64,000 bases of DNA from Rhizophagus irregularis. Lineage: Eukaryota. Under the pieces are notes generated by a model. The model was not told where the DNA came from and searched no databases. It saw only the letters and a list, made by a program, of their open reading frames with translations. A program made the position numbers and the translations under genes. Of the stretch, positions 1-13,530 are shown piece by piece (the first letter of the stretch is position 1; the number at the start of each line of letters is the position of its first letter). The stretch is taken from the NCBI RefSeq assembly GCF_026210795.1, contig NC_089434.1, positions 4,278,001 to 4,342,000 on the forward strand. The letters run 5' to 3'.

Positions 1-825
1 ATTCATAATTATTTTAAAATATTTCTATTAATCAAATATACAAGTATTAGAAGTTAACAAATTATGTTAGATAATAACAATAATAACATTATTATTTATG
101 TGGTTCCATTTTTTATATAATTATTTTTGAATATTTTTTCTACTTCTATTAACCATTAATACAAGTGATAGAAGTCAAAAAATATTATGTTAGATAATAA
201 TAGCATTAATATTTATGTGGTTCCTGCATTTTATATAGGCAGGGAACAATAATATTTTTTTTTATAATTATTATAAATGACATAATTTAAATTCTCTCAT
301 AATTTTAAAATGAAAATTGAACCTACATTTTTTTGATAATATTAATATTAATATTTATGTGGTTCCATTTCTTTTATAATTATTTTAAAATACTTTTTCA
401 ACTTCTATTAATCAAATATACAAGTAATAGAAGTTAACAAATTATTAGATAATAACATTAATAATTATGTGGTTCCTGCATTTTATATAGGCGGGTAACA
501 ATAATATTTTTTATATAATTATTTTATTAAATGACATAATTTAACTTCTCCCTTTTTGTCACTCCTGACTCCTGTAATTTTAAAAAATTGAAAATTTATC
601 CCACATTTATTTGATAATATTTAATATTAATACACATTTTTTTTATAATTATTTTGTCAACTTCTATTAATCATTAATACAAATAATAGAAGTTACTAAA
701 CTATTATTTAGATAATAATATTAATAATTATGTGGTTCCTGCATTTTATATAGGCAGGTAACAACAATATTTTTTTATAATTATTTTCAACTTCCATTAA
801 TCATTAATACAAGTAATAGAAGTTA
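1..825. repeat. Degenerate AT-rich tandem repeat, ~258-bp higher-order unit with internal hairpins
   Basis: ACTTCTATTAATCA..ACAAGTAATAGAAGTT-like motif at ~22, 142, 400, 659, 789; TATGTGGTTCCTGCATTTTATATAGGC at ~214, 466, 730. Runs off the window start. Confidence 0.8.
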
Positions 826-1712
826 TTTAGCCTTACCCATAGTGTATTTGGTGTGCAGATTAAAGCTGAAATTAATAGCAAAAAAGGGATTCATGATCAT
901 GTTAAATAAATTTCCTTTATTTATAATTTCCAAATGGAAGAAATATACAACTTCTATTTCAATAATTAGATTCAGTATAGGACAACTAATAACCAAAAAA
1001 TGAATAGACCAAGAAATGATCAAACCTTATTCACTTAGTTTTAACTTACTTAGAGTGACCATAAATCTCCATTTTTATTTTTCAATAGAGGATCTTACAA
1101 AGGTTAAAAGGAGAATAAAGATCTTCAAGAAATTGTGAACTTAAACAAATTTAGGATCTTTAAAGAAGCTTAAGTACAAGCACATTATCAACTTTAGGCT
1201 GTGGGACAAGAAAAATTATGGAATGCCCAAGCATTGATTATTAGACAAAACGGAAAGATCTTAATTAAAACGCCAATTGATGAATGTGAGACTACTGAAT
1301 AAATATACTGTACTTTATTTAAAAGTTTATTCTAAGCCTAAACAAGATGACAATGATTGTGTATTTAGAATTAATGTATCAGAATATAATAATAATTTCA
1401 ACTTTTCTAACAAAGGAAAAGTAAATTTTAAAATACAAAGTTGTATATGATGTTAATAGTAAATTCCTCGCAATGGTCTATATTCAATATTAAGTGAATT
1501 TATTACTTGTTCAGGGTAAATCTACTCTTAAAAAAATTTGTTAGTTGTTATTTTATGAAATGGGCAACAACAACATTAATAATTAGAAAAATGATGGGAG
1601 AAAGCATCCAGTAGTTCACAGAAGTTGGCCAAACAACGTCGCTTGTTCAAATTCTGTTTATTTTTTGCATTTTTTCATTTCAGAAAATTTTACAAATCGC
1701 CTAAGATAACAT

Positions 1713-1754
1713 TAACCCTAACCCTAACCCTAACCCTAATACTAACTCTAATAC
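1713..1754. repeat. Interstitial telomere-like (TAACCC)4 plus three degenerate units
   Basis: TAACCC x4 at 1713-1736, then TAATAC TAACTC TAATAC. Confidence 0.85.
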
Positions 1755-3419
1755 TTCGAACTTCTTCTGTAAATAAACTAGCACTCTACTTAAAATTTCA
1801 ATCACTACAAATTAATATTATTATTAGTTTTTTAAAAAAAACTCTCACAAAAATAATATTATTATACCATAAATATAGTAGTAGCAATATGGGATTGTGA
1901 AGTAGATATCCCAGGATTAACTAAATTTAAGGAAAGCTGATGCATTAAAAGAACTTACTATACAGAATGTTTTTTCATGCCAGAATCCTTTCATTATTAA
2001 CTGCTGACATATGATCAATTTCAAAAGAATTTTTTATTAATTGTTTTTGTGAAAATCAGATGTTTGAAGTATTCGTGAAACAATTTTATAAAATAAAGGG
2101 GGATAATTGTTTTTTACGGCAATTTATATTTTAATATCTTAAGAGTAAAACTAGAGGTATTGACACGTCTGTTATCTATTGTCATGATGCCTAGATACCC
2201 AGAGCACACATCTGTTATCTCTTGTCATGATACCTAGACACATTAAAGTTGATGTAGAGCTATCAACTTACAAGAAAATCTAGGAAAACGATTGTTTTAT
2301 GGAGTAATTTAGTACCAGCTATAAGGGATAGAACTAGGCGTACAACAGCAACTGTTTGAGAGCTATATCATGGTAACTCATTAGTTGAAGTTTTTTCCAG
2401 AAACTTTTTTGTAAAGTATCATATCCGAGCAACTCTTTAGTCAACAAGAATTAAGAAATAACTAATAAAAGAATAAATTAGTCTTCAAACTACTCATAAA
2501 TCAATTATTATTTACAAATATAAAAGTATACTCCTGTGCTAGTTTTTTAAAAAGGGGTTACAACTTATTTATTTAATATATATAAAATATAAAAAATAAT
2601 ATTATAGAATAAATGCTAACTACTAGTACTAGAGAAATAGTAGAACAATATAAAATATCAGAAATTTTAAATTATTATATAACTAATATTATATAGTAAA
2701 AATTATAGAAAAATATTTATAATTCATTACATTAATAGTTGAATAAATTCTAATAACTTTAATACAATTTATAATGTTATACATTGATGTCATTTTGTAA
2801 TAAAAATTGACAAACAGTGTATAAAGAATTTTTACTGCTAGCATGATATTATAAGTACTATATACTAATAATACATATTGATAATTGAACAAATTCTAAC
2901 ATCCCATGATATTATCTAATACAAAATAAATTATTGTATATATAGAGCTACATATATAGTAAGAATTATTGATTATTTATTAATTGATTGTAAATGAATT
3001 ATCTATTTTCAACAAATATTAAGAAGGAAAGATAGTAATTAGTAACCAAAAAGAAGATTCAATAAATTTTATCATATGTCATAAAAGCAATCAAGAGTAA
3101 AATATAAATTTATAGCTTGTTTACAGTATAATAATAATAATTGTTATAATATGATTAATATTCTTTAATAATTAAACCAATATTAATATAAATAAGAATA
3201 GGATTTTACTTTGCATTATTTTCATTTTTAATTACACAGTTTCTCTATAACCCAGTAACTTTTTACAAATAAGTCATCTTATGCCTATAATGTAAGAAAG
3301 TTGATAAATAATCATCTAACTATCAGTATTAATATCAATTACTAACGTATAACTAAATTTAAAATTAGGAGTGAAAAAAATAATTCTTTTAACTGCACAA
3401 TCATATAATTTTAACTTTT

Positions 3420-4280
3420 ATTTTTATACTTTTTGTGCACAAAAGTATATGAAATTCGAATAGATTATTCTCATTATTCCCATTATATTCAATGGCAGTT
3501 TACAGAATGCTTTTTGGCATTCTTAATCTTTTTAGTCTTACTGATCTTTCTATTTTTTTCAGTCTTTTCGGTCATGATTATTTTTTCAGCAGTATAAACA
3601 GAATTTTTTCTTTTTATATTCTTACAAATCTTAAGTATGATTCCCAAAATAGACGTTTACGGACATACATTAGTCCGCCGATAGGTAGAGTGAGTAACGT
3701 TACGAAGATTACGTGAAGACCCTGAAGGCCTATTTTTCCGATATAATTTGAAACTCTTTTTCGTGATGCCATGTTGATTTTCGATTGCTTCCATGCCAAC
3801 GAACGAAACTTCCAAACATTCGTTTTGATAGCGGGCAGAGAAATTTCCATAAATTTAAAATCGCTTTAGACGTAGCCTTATGCGTGTTAAAATGAATCCT
3901 GAAACATCGATAAAGGTTAATTGTCGTCTCTGGCCCAATTGAAGGTATCGGAATATTTGATCGAGTCCACGATGCACAAGTTCAATTTGTCCGCATATTT
4001 TTAAGAATATCTTCTGCATATTTCGCTAATATTCTGAGAGTGTTTCTAATATAAGGAAGGAGGGATGGACATCTCCAAATATGTTCATTCGTTTCGGTAG
4101 CACTATGACATAGAAGACAAGTAACATCATTATTAATGAGATCCGGAAAATTTCTATTCAAAATATCTAATGTTGGTAAGGAATTGGTCGAAGTTTTAAT
4201 CTTCAAACTTGTGTCCTTTGAATGGTCGGAACTCGTAACACTGTCGTGTGCGAGGAACAACAATGAATAGCTCGCTACTT
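3420..4280 (-). mobile_element. Non-LTR retrotransposon 3' fragment (C-terminal zinc-finger region), degraded
   Basis: ORF 3982-4263 has LPTLDILNRNFP..CLLC..ETNEHIWRC; ORF 3614-3850 has VWKFRS..WKQ. Similar to the fragments at 30.6-31.5 kb and 58.1-59.3 kb. Ends approximate. Confidence 0.75.
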
Positions 4281-4329
4281 GTAATCGAAGTCACGTGATT
4301 TCACGTATAAAATATTTCGATACAAAAAA

Positions 4330-4710
4330 ATAAAATTTAAAGTAGTGAGGAGAACGAGAGATGTATTTGGTTAGGAGGAAAAATAAAATATAATAAATAG
4401 GAACTAAATGTGGGGAAGAGGTCGACCTATACACTATATATAATTTTAGTTTCTTAGTATAGTTTTATTTTATTTTTTCTTTTTCTTTTTCTAGGTTTTA
4501 GTAGATAGTAGCTTAGTTAGGTCCAATTTAGATTAGGTTATATGGGTTTGTTTTTTTTATTTTTATTATTTCTTTGTTTTTTATATTGTATTAGGATAGA
4601 TCACTCTGTTATAGATTCGTTTCGTGTTGCACGAACGGGCTAGGTATTTACTCGAATTGGATTCTATCCTTAATAAAGAGAAATGCGTTACAGTTTAAAA
4701 AAAAAAAAAA
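4330..4710 (+). mobile_element. Probable retroelement 3' UTR with poly(A) tail
   Basis: T-rich tract, then AATAAA..GCGTTAC and an A-run ending at 4710; same layout as the 3' ends at ~46700 and ~50510. Confidence 0.4.
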
Positions 4711-6163
4711 TTCTTAAAATTAGTGGTATGTAGGATAATACGTAATTCTGGCCGCCGGAATTATGTGATCGGCGTATAAATTTCCTTGAAACCAAATCTC
4801 CCATTATTTATTTTTTTGGAATGTTATGCAACATCACGTGATTTACGTGATAATTATGGGATATGGGATTGGATAAATGGGATGTGGGATGTGGGAACTG
4901 ATGTGGGATGGGATATGGGATTCTCCCAATCCCATTTATATGGGCGGCAAGTATAACCATGATATCTCATTGTCTTATTGTGATATATAATTGAATTTTC
5001 TTTAATTCCGTGAAATAACTATTACTTATTTTTCATTAATAAATGCATGATCATAAATTATATAAATTATAAGAAAAAAAATAAAACTTTGAATATTCAC
5101 GCATTTCATTAAAATTATAATTGGTAAAATATTTTTTAACGAGGGACAACAATATTTTATCACAACTACGTACAAATATGCCACATTAAGGGTTAAGAGT
5201 ATCTTAAATAGAATGTCTCCTCATGATTCTTTGATTTTAGTTATTGTCCGTTTTACAATATAAATATAGTATATTTTTTTATTATACGGTATATGTGATG
5301 ATATCGTAATAAAATATGTTTAAAGTAAAGTAAAATATTTTCAATATTTCATGTATACTTACAGTATTTGTGTATATATTTTTTTATAAAAGTAACATGT
5401 GGTGAATACAGTGTGCATTTCCTAACTGCATAATTTTTTTTTACGCCAAATAACTAATTTATACTATACTCTGTCACTCCGTTGGCGTCTTTCATTTAAC
5501 CAGTTTAAACAACTTCTTTGTCTGTAATGCACGCTTAAGACCGATATGTAATATAAATTCCTCAACTCATATGGCTAAATCATTTAAAATCAAAATTATA
5601 AATACGGAAATTTCTTTTATGTAGATCATTCATCATATAGCAAAAAAAAGAAACGATCATAGGGTAGTAAGGAGTCATGGAGAAGTGAAATTACTCAAAG
5701 TAATAACATTTATTATGTAACATCAGAGGTTTTTACCTGTGTAACAAATTAAATTACAATATTAGATCACATGATTTTATTAAGTGTAACATAAGATTTT
5801 TCGCTAATCCCGCACACTTTGTCTTTACCAAATAAGAAACAATAACAATGTTTCTTATAATCTAAGCTATATATGATTTAGTCCCATTTCATACGCAAAC
5901 CAAATTTACATAATATAAATTTTCAAGTAACAATACTTTAAAAACTGATAATATTATAACAACTAATAATATTGTTACTACTTTTTATCAACAAAGAACG
6001 CAAAATTATTATAAATATCCTTTTTTTTTTTGCTCAAGTCTACCAACAAAAAAAAAAAAAAAAGACAAAATAAAATTTCTTTTTTTAACATACCACCTAA
6101 AATTATCTCTTATCTTTTTTTCAAATAAACTTTTATTTATTAATTCTTCTCCTATTATCAATC

Positions 6164-9100
6164 ATGGAATTTACACCAGTTGTGAAAAGACCAAGTGTTG
6201 ACCGATCGATTAAAGTTCGAACAAACTTTTTTGAATTACTTTCAATGCCGACAAATAATATTATACATTATGATGTATCTATTACACCTGAGGTCCCTCC
6301 ACGATTTAATATGAAAATATTTGAAAGTTTCGTGGAAAAATACCGGGAAAGCCTTGGAAACGCAAAGCCAGTATTCGACGGTACGTATTCAATAATATAT
6401 ATATATATTGATACAAATATACCAATACTGAATAAAATGAAGCGAAATATCACTTCAACAAGTTATCAAAACTGTATTTCATAATTTCTTTTTATTTATA
6501 AATTAATAATGCTATATAATAACTAAATATATGCTTGTATTTAAAAGATGGAGATGGATACTAACCAATAGCAAATTGTTTGTAGGAAGGAAAAATATGT
6601 TCGCCCACAAAGTATTGTCTTTTGGGAACGCCGCCACCTTCCACGTAGACGTAAATATCTATTTTTTTTTTACTTTTTTTTTGGTTTTTGAAATTTAAAA
6701 AAAAGGGCATAATAAATTATATTTAACAAATTAGGTGATGTCGAATAAAAAGATAGTACAAACCTTTCAGATAATTATAAGAAAGGTTGGAAAAGATATT
6801 GTTATGGAGGAACTGGTACGATTTTTAAATGAAAAAAGTAGCATGACCAACAATTGCAAAACGGGTAAGTTTTTGTTATTTCTTAGTTTCTTTCTTTTTA
6901 ATAAAAATGAATCTCATAATGGATTATAATCATTTATGTAATAAGCAATAATGGCGCTGGACGTAATAATCGGTTACCAGGTTTCTACCGCAAATGTTAC
7001 TGTAGGTAGATCATTCTTTACCCAGAAGGAATCAAGTCCTATTGCTGGAGGAGTTGAAGTGTGGCGAGGATACTATCAATCCGCCCGTCCCACCAGAGGC
7101 AAAATGATGATAAACATTGACTTAAGTGCAACTGTTTTTTATCAAGATGGTCCACTTATACAATTAATAACCAAAATATTAAAACTTGGATCTCTTGACA
7201 AACTACGTAGTGGCCTTTCTGAAAGGGACCATCAAATGGTTGAGAGAACAATCAAAAACCTCAAAATAAGAGTTAACCATAGAGCCGAAACCCGAACTAG
7301 TAGTTTCAAGATTGAAAAATTAACACAAACACCCGCATCAAGTACTATGTTTGAAAAAGATGGTAATACCATCAACGTAGGAACCTATTTCCAAAACACT
7401 TACAATAAGCGTTTAATTTATCCCTTCCTTCCTTGTGTTGTTGTAAGAAGACACATTTTACTTCCTCTTGAAGTCTGCGACGTAATTCCGGTAAATTATG
7501 TGATTTATCTAGCAATATCACATAATTATAAGAATTTATTTTCTAAACAAAAAAAAAACATTTTGTATATAACAGGGTCAACGATATATGAGGAAACTGA
7601 ATGGAGGACAGATGGACGAGATGATGGCGTTAACTCGCCAGAATCCGTCCATTCGTACCAACATGATCAGAAAAGGGGTAAAAATACTAAATGACCAAAC
7701 CGAATTTATGCAACAATTCGGAGTGAAAGTATCTGATAAAATGGCCGTGGTAGGATTAAAATATGTATTATTGCGATATAGGAATAAATTATATTTTGAT
7801 TATAATTTTATTTTCAATAACACGAACAGGTGGATGCTAGAGTTCTTCCTGCCCCAACGATTATTTATCACCCGTCATCAAGAGAGAAACATATCACACC
7901 TATAAATGGAAACTGGAACTTACGTAATAAGAAACTTGCAATTGGAGCCACCCTCGGCTCTTGGTGTGTTTTGGCTTTTTTAAGCTCTGACGTTTTTCCC
8001 GATAATGTTATCTCGACATTTGTCCGAGAACTAGCGACCGTGTGTCAAGACACAGGGATGGTAAGTTAATCCATTTTTTAATGAATTTTATGAATCATTC
8101 AAGTTTCTAATTAATATTATTATAATCATAGAATGTACCAAATAAAAATCCTCCAATTTTACATGCAAATCCTCAAGGAAATATTGAGGAATCATTAAAA
8201 CAAGCATGGTTGAAGGCTGGTAATAGTGCCAAGGCCCAACCACAATTAATTTTATGTATTCTTCCAAACACGGGACAACCATTATACGCCGAAATAAAAC
8301 GTGTGAGCGACACTGTCATCGGTGTTGCGACTCAGTGTGTCCAGATTAAACATACCAGGAAGACAAAAAAACAGTATTGTGCGAACGTTTGTCTAAAAAT
8401 TAACGTGAAACTCGGTGGAATGAATTCATCCCTTAGTCCTGAACAGATTAGTTTCATATCTGACAGGCCCACTATTTTGATGGGCGCAGACGTTACCCAC
8501 CCTGCACCTGGATCTGGTAAATTTATTTTTTTTTGTTTTTTTTCCTCAAAATTATTTTTAATATATTTTTGTTTCTCTCAACTCTTTCTAGGCAACGAAC
8601 GACCATCTATCGCCGCAGTTACTGCCTCTGTGGACTCTAAAGCATCCCGTTATGCTGCATCGATCAGAATCCAAAGAGGACGCACGGAAATCATCGCCGA
8701 TTTGGGAAACATGGTTAAGGAATTGCTAAAAGCGTTTTACCAAACTTGTGGGCGAAAGCCTGAAAGAATATTATTTTATCGAGACGGCGTTTCAGAAAGC
8801 CAGTTCGAAAACGTAAAAGCTATTGAAGTAGAAGCGATTAAAAGTATTTATTACATATTCATGCTTTCGTTAATTTGATTGATTTATTTTGCTAACTTTT
8901 AATTATAACAGCCGCTTGCCATGCTCTTGACAATAAATATAATCCTACGATCACGTTTATTGTGGTGCAGAAGAGACACCACACACGTATTTTCCCAATA
9001 GATGGTGGTGATACAGATGCATCGGGCAATTGTCTTCCTGGTACAGTAATCAATACTGTTATAACCCATCCGAATGAATTCGACTTTTGTAAGTAATTTT

Positions 9101-9704
9101 AATTTACATTAACATATACAATTTATAACAAACATTAATAAATGATTTTAAAATCCTTAATAGATTTACAAAGTCACGCTGGGCTATTAGGGACGTCTCG
9201 GCCAGCTCACTATCGTGTTCTATATGATGAAAACGGCTTTAATCAAGACGCGTAAGTTAATTTTAATTTAATTTAATAAATCTAATATAGTAACTAATTT
9301 ATGTATTTAATAATTTAGGTTACAAACATTGTCGTATAACCTATGTTATTTATACGCGCGATGTACGCGTTCGATATCTTTGGTAAGATTGTAAATTGCA
9401 TTTGTTATTATTGTATGCAGTAATAGTAATAATTGTCTTATATTTAAATAGGTACCACCGGTGTATTATGCACATTTAGTTACCAAGCGAGCAAAACTCC
9501 ACGCGCGCGGCGGATCATTTAGTGATACGGAGTCCGAGGAAAGCGCAGGTGGTGCTGCGGTCGCATTTGGAGAAGTAAAGCCGGTTCTACAACGGGTAAA
9601 TATTACAAATAAATAAGCATATCAGATATCTCAAATTTATATCGTTCTTAAATATTTCATATTCTAAAATAAACTCTCCTCTTTAGGTTATGTATTTTAT
9701 GTAA
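6164..9704 (+). CDS. AGO: Argonaute (N, PAZ, MID, PIWI), 13 exons, 829 aa predicted
   Basis: Exons 6164-6380, 6586-6650, 6735-6864, 6946-7490, 7576-7749, 7830-8060, 8132-8516, 8592-8843, 8912-9088, 9164-9251, 9319-9382, 9452-9595, 9687-9704. All introns GT-AG and in frame (2490 nt). Motifs: [66 protein letters not shown]-terminal MYFM. Confidence 0.97.
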
Positions 9705-9839
9705 CTATTTTCGCACGAGTCATTGTAAAATTATTTTTCTTTTATTTTTATTTAAATGCATATAATAATAAAGTGTTTTTTATTTAATCTACTTTAAGAT
9801 TAAATAGGCCACTTTTTTTTTAATTTTAATATTAAAGAA

Positions 9840-10290
9840 ATTGAAATCACAGAAAATTTTTTATACCAATCTAAAAAAAAAAATCTTAGAAAACGCTTTT
9901 ACAAATATAATTAAACGTAATCTATTGTTATAAAAAAACTTTTATTAACTTAACTATTTATTACTTATTAGTAGTTTAAACTAAAAAAAAATCTTAATAA
10001 AAAACAATTATTAATTTAATAAGTTAATTGTCTATTATTACCGATTTATTGTAAAAATTATAATTATATATACTATCTATTGTATTATACCAATTTATTG
10101 TTATTACAGTAAAAAAAAATCCTGGAAAATTTTTTCATGTTTATCTATCGCATTATACCAATTTATTGAAAAAACATCTATTATACTATACGTTATAAAA
10201 AAATTCTCAGAAAATTTTTATATCTTTCTATTGCACCATATCATTCTATTGTTGTAAAAAAAAAATCCAGAAAATTTTTTATACCAATCC
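9840..10290. repeat. Degenerate short-unit repeat; related copy at ~38490-38670
   Basis: Repeated CTATTGTT..AAAAAAATCC(C)AGAAAATTTTTTATACC units at both loci. Confidence 0.6.
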
Positions 10291-10779
10291 AATCATCATG
10301 AAATTTTTAGGCAGATCAGTTCACGTAATTCCATAATTCCATATAAATTTGTTCAGAAACATATGTAACTCCATACATTCCCACCGAAAATAATATCATG
10401 TGTTTTGTCACAGGTTATTTGGAAAATATTGATTTCCACATATTTCCACAATATTTAGATGTGGATTACCATGTGGATTTTAAGTGGAAAAAATTTCCTG
10501 ATGATATTTATTAAATAACAAATAAAAATAAAAATTAATAAAATCGAGTCGTAAATTCATATTTAAATATAATCTATTTATAAAATTGTGAAAATATTAA
10601 AATAAAATATGAATCAGGTAAGACAAGTGATGTGCGTCACATAAATCATTTTGACAAAAAATTTCGGCAGGTGACCCATACTTTAATGTTGATTTTATAA
10701 ATACAATAGTAAAGTAATATTTTTTTTTAAAAAAAAATATATATATAAATATATATGCATAAACCCTTTATTGATAAAA

Positions 10780-11340
10780 AAAAAGAAAGAAAGAAAAATA
10801 GAAATAATTAACTAAATTTGTTCGCATTGCCCATTTCTCTTTAATGCTTCATTTAGATTAAGCTTTCAAAAAAAAAAAATCATATCTAAAAAAAGATAAT
10901 AAGTGGTTAATTCTGAAACGTCAACATTCATTAAAATTCCTAAAAATGCAACATATTCTTTCAAAAATTATTAATACAATCAAATAAATTATAAAATAAA
11001 GTTCTCATGATGTCTTTTGTGAGGTCTTTTGTTTGTAGTAGTTCATTGTAAAAAATGGAAATTTATGCAACAAAATTGTTTGCATGTATTACATATATTT
11101 ACGCCATTAAAATTAAATATTTCATCATTTGATCAAAAAAAAAATATAAAATATAAAATAAATATCATATTTTTTTATAATAACGAAGCAAAAATAGTAA
11201 CTATTTTGTTATCCTTTTACAGAAATTTATTGCCTATATAAGTTACATGCAATATGCATTCGAATTCTTTTTAGAAGTTTGGACAAACAAATAGAACCTC
11301 TTTACCATTCTTCGTTCAAAAACCAAAAAGGAAATATAAA
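10780..11340. repeat. Dispersed non-coding repeat; homolog at ~24930-25510
   Basis: Collinear shared blocks such as CTAAATTT.TTC.CATTG.CCATTT, TGAAACGTCAACAT.CAT, ATGA.GTCTTTTGTG, TTACGCCATT, ATAGAAC.TCTT.ACCAT..TCGTT. Confidence 0.75.
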
Positions 11341-12510
11341 TATAATGCCGGCCAGAGCTCGTGACTTAATTTCATAATCCATAATTTCGCAGATCCTTTG
11401 GCCGGTTATAAATAATTCATGTGATTCGTGATGATTGGCTATGTATTCAAATTATTAATCGAGTCAACTGCGGAAAGTGGGAAACTGTCAAATAAAAATA
11501 AAAAATTTTGTGAGAAATTTATTATAAAAAAACAGATTATTTGAAACTTTGGGATAAATATTATGTATTAAAAATATGTCAGAATTGAATGGGTTTATAT
11601 AAAGAGCATACTTAAGGAATGAAAACCGACATAAATTTGCACCGAAATCATATCTGAATCTAGAAGTTACTTGTTGTACATCGTCACGTGCAGGACGTGA
11701 CCTTTGCGTAGAAGTATTCAGTTTAGTCCCTTCGGATTAATTATAAATATTTTTTGGGCTTTAACAAATGTACAAAAATGTTTAATTTATGCAGCAAACA
11801 ATACAGGAACTTATAGGTGTTAAATAGAAATTAATATATGTTATCCACTTGAATCTATGAAAGCACAAACAAGGAAGCAAACTATAGACATTGATCCTAG
11901 AAATTTGAGGGACTGCAGTTAGTTTCTTTATAACGAGATTCAAAGGCGATGACATATATAATCTTAATTATCCACCTACATGTATCTATCGTTTACACTA
12001 TAAATATTGTATGTTGTTTTATTTATTGAATAAAAAAATATAAATAAATAAATAATACACCACCACCACCACCGACACCTTATTTCATCACCAATTACAT
12101 TACACCGCCTACTTCACCTCCACCTATACCGCCTACTTCACTACGTTTCTGTTTTATAAAAATTTTAAGAGGTATTTCTTTCGATTATTCTTGGTACTTT
12201 ATAACGAAAAAAAATAATAAATCTACTATTGGATAATATTTATATAATTATGTGAAACCATGTGATTTGATAAATGCTGGTCTTTTCTCCTATTTAATGA
12301 TTGAAAATTTAATTTAACAATTTTGAAAAGTTTTTTGGAGGTAATTTTATAAAATTTTATTTATTTATTTATTTTTTTTTTTGAAAAAAAAATGAAATAA
12401 ATTTAGGCGCTTGTATATCTATTTTTACGATAAAACGGTCAATGAGATTTATCATAACATCAGAGGAATTTACAATAAATGACCTCGTCTACAGTGTTCT
12501 GAGATTTACG

Positions 12511-12749
12511 CCCTATAAAAAATGTTTGTCCGATAAATATTCGGAATGGGGTCAATTTTCCGGACACTCGCACGCTATTATACAATATTTGTTACAATTT
12601 AATACAAAATGCGGAAATTGAGAATTTTTAACCACATAAAAAATGTACAATATCATAATGAATGTCCAATAAATGTCAAGTAAATGTTCGGAACGGGTCG
12701 ATTTCTGAACAAAAAACCGAACAGTGTTTGGACAATATTTTTTATAGGG
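12511..12749. mobile_element. MITE, ~20-bp TIR with CCC...GGG termini, apparent 3-bp TSD ACG
   Basis: CCCTATAAAAAATGTTTGTCC / GGACAATATTTTTTATAGGG; ACG at 12508-12510 and 12750-12752. Confidence 0.75.
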
Positions 12750-12989
12750 ACGACAAACTACAAATAATACAAATACTTTTGCTTTCAACGTACAAACTAT
12801 GAACAATAACCAAAAATGGTTATACGTAAATTAATTAAATTACTTTGTTCGATTGTTCATTAATAATATAATTCATTTAATTAAGTATTAATCCATAGTA
12901 TATACAGTATAAAGTATATTCGGAATCATTTTTATTCTCTGTATGATTGGTTCAAACTTCAAACCTATTGTTATTAAATTGTACTACAG

Positions 12990-13530
12990 TTTTACGCAGA
13001 AAAGTACATAACAAATATGATCATCAAAGGGCGTATTTTCGGAAAATTTTTTTTAATTATGAAATTCTAAAAAAGGAATAACCAACAATGATTTAAAAAA
13101 TTTTTCATTATGCGCTTATTAAACACAGTTGGTACAAAAATATATGAAACATATTGTCAAATAAACGAATAAACGTCAATTTTTGTATGACTTAGTATAA
13201 AATATTTACAATGGATTTTTATACACAAAAAAAAACTTCATTCAAAATCCTAATAGGTTGATCAATTTTACTTGATCATGTTTTAATTAATAACTACCAT
13301 AAAAGAATGTTATATTTTTAAGAAATCCGATGCGTGCTTGGCGTTTTAGAATTTGTCATCTGGACATGTCATTTTTTGTTTACATTTTTTTTTAAACAAA
13401 TATTCTTCTCAAATCATTTTTTTAAAAAAAAGAATTTGAAATTGTATTACGCAATTTTATCTTTATCATATATAATAAAGCTTTTAGTAGATATGATCAT
13501 GAAATCGGTCAGGGTTAAGGCATTATAAGA
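12990..13530. repeat. Dispersed non-coding repeat; homolog at ~15430-16140
   Basis: Shared AATATGATCATC..GGCGTATTT, TAATAGGTT..TCAATTTTACTTGAT, TCCGATG..TTGGCGTTTTA.AATT.GTCATCTG, GGCATTA.AAGATTTAT-like end. Confidence 0.8.

Noticed and set aside
1..825. CRISPR-like appearance of palindromic repeats (also 56.3-57.9 kb)
   Set aside because: Eukaryotic context, degenerate repeats, irregular or repeated spacers, no cas genes.
1625..1900. 91-aa ORF with TLTLTL
   Set aside because: Arises from the TAACCC tract; no other coding signal.
2163..2242. ~43-bp tandem duplication (a ~70-bp one also at ~25670-25800)
   Set aside because: Ordinary local duplications with no further structure.
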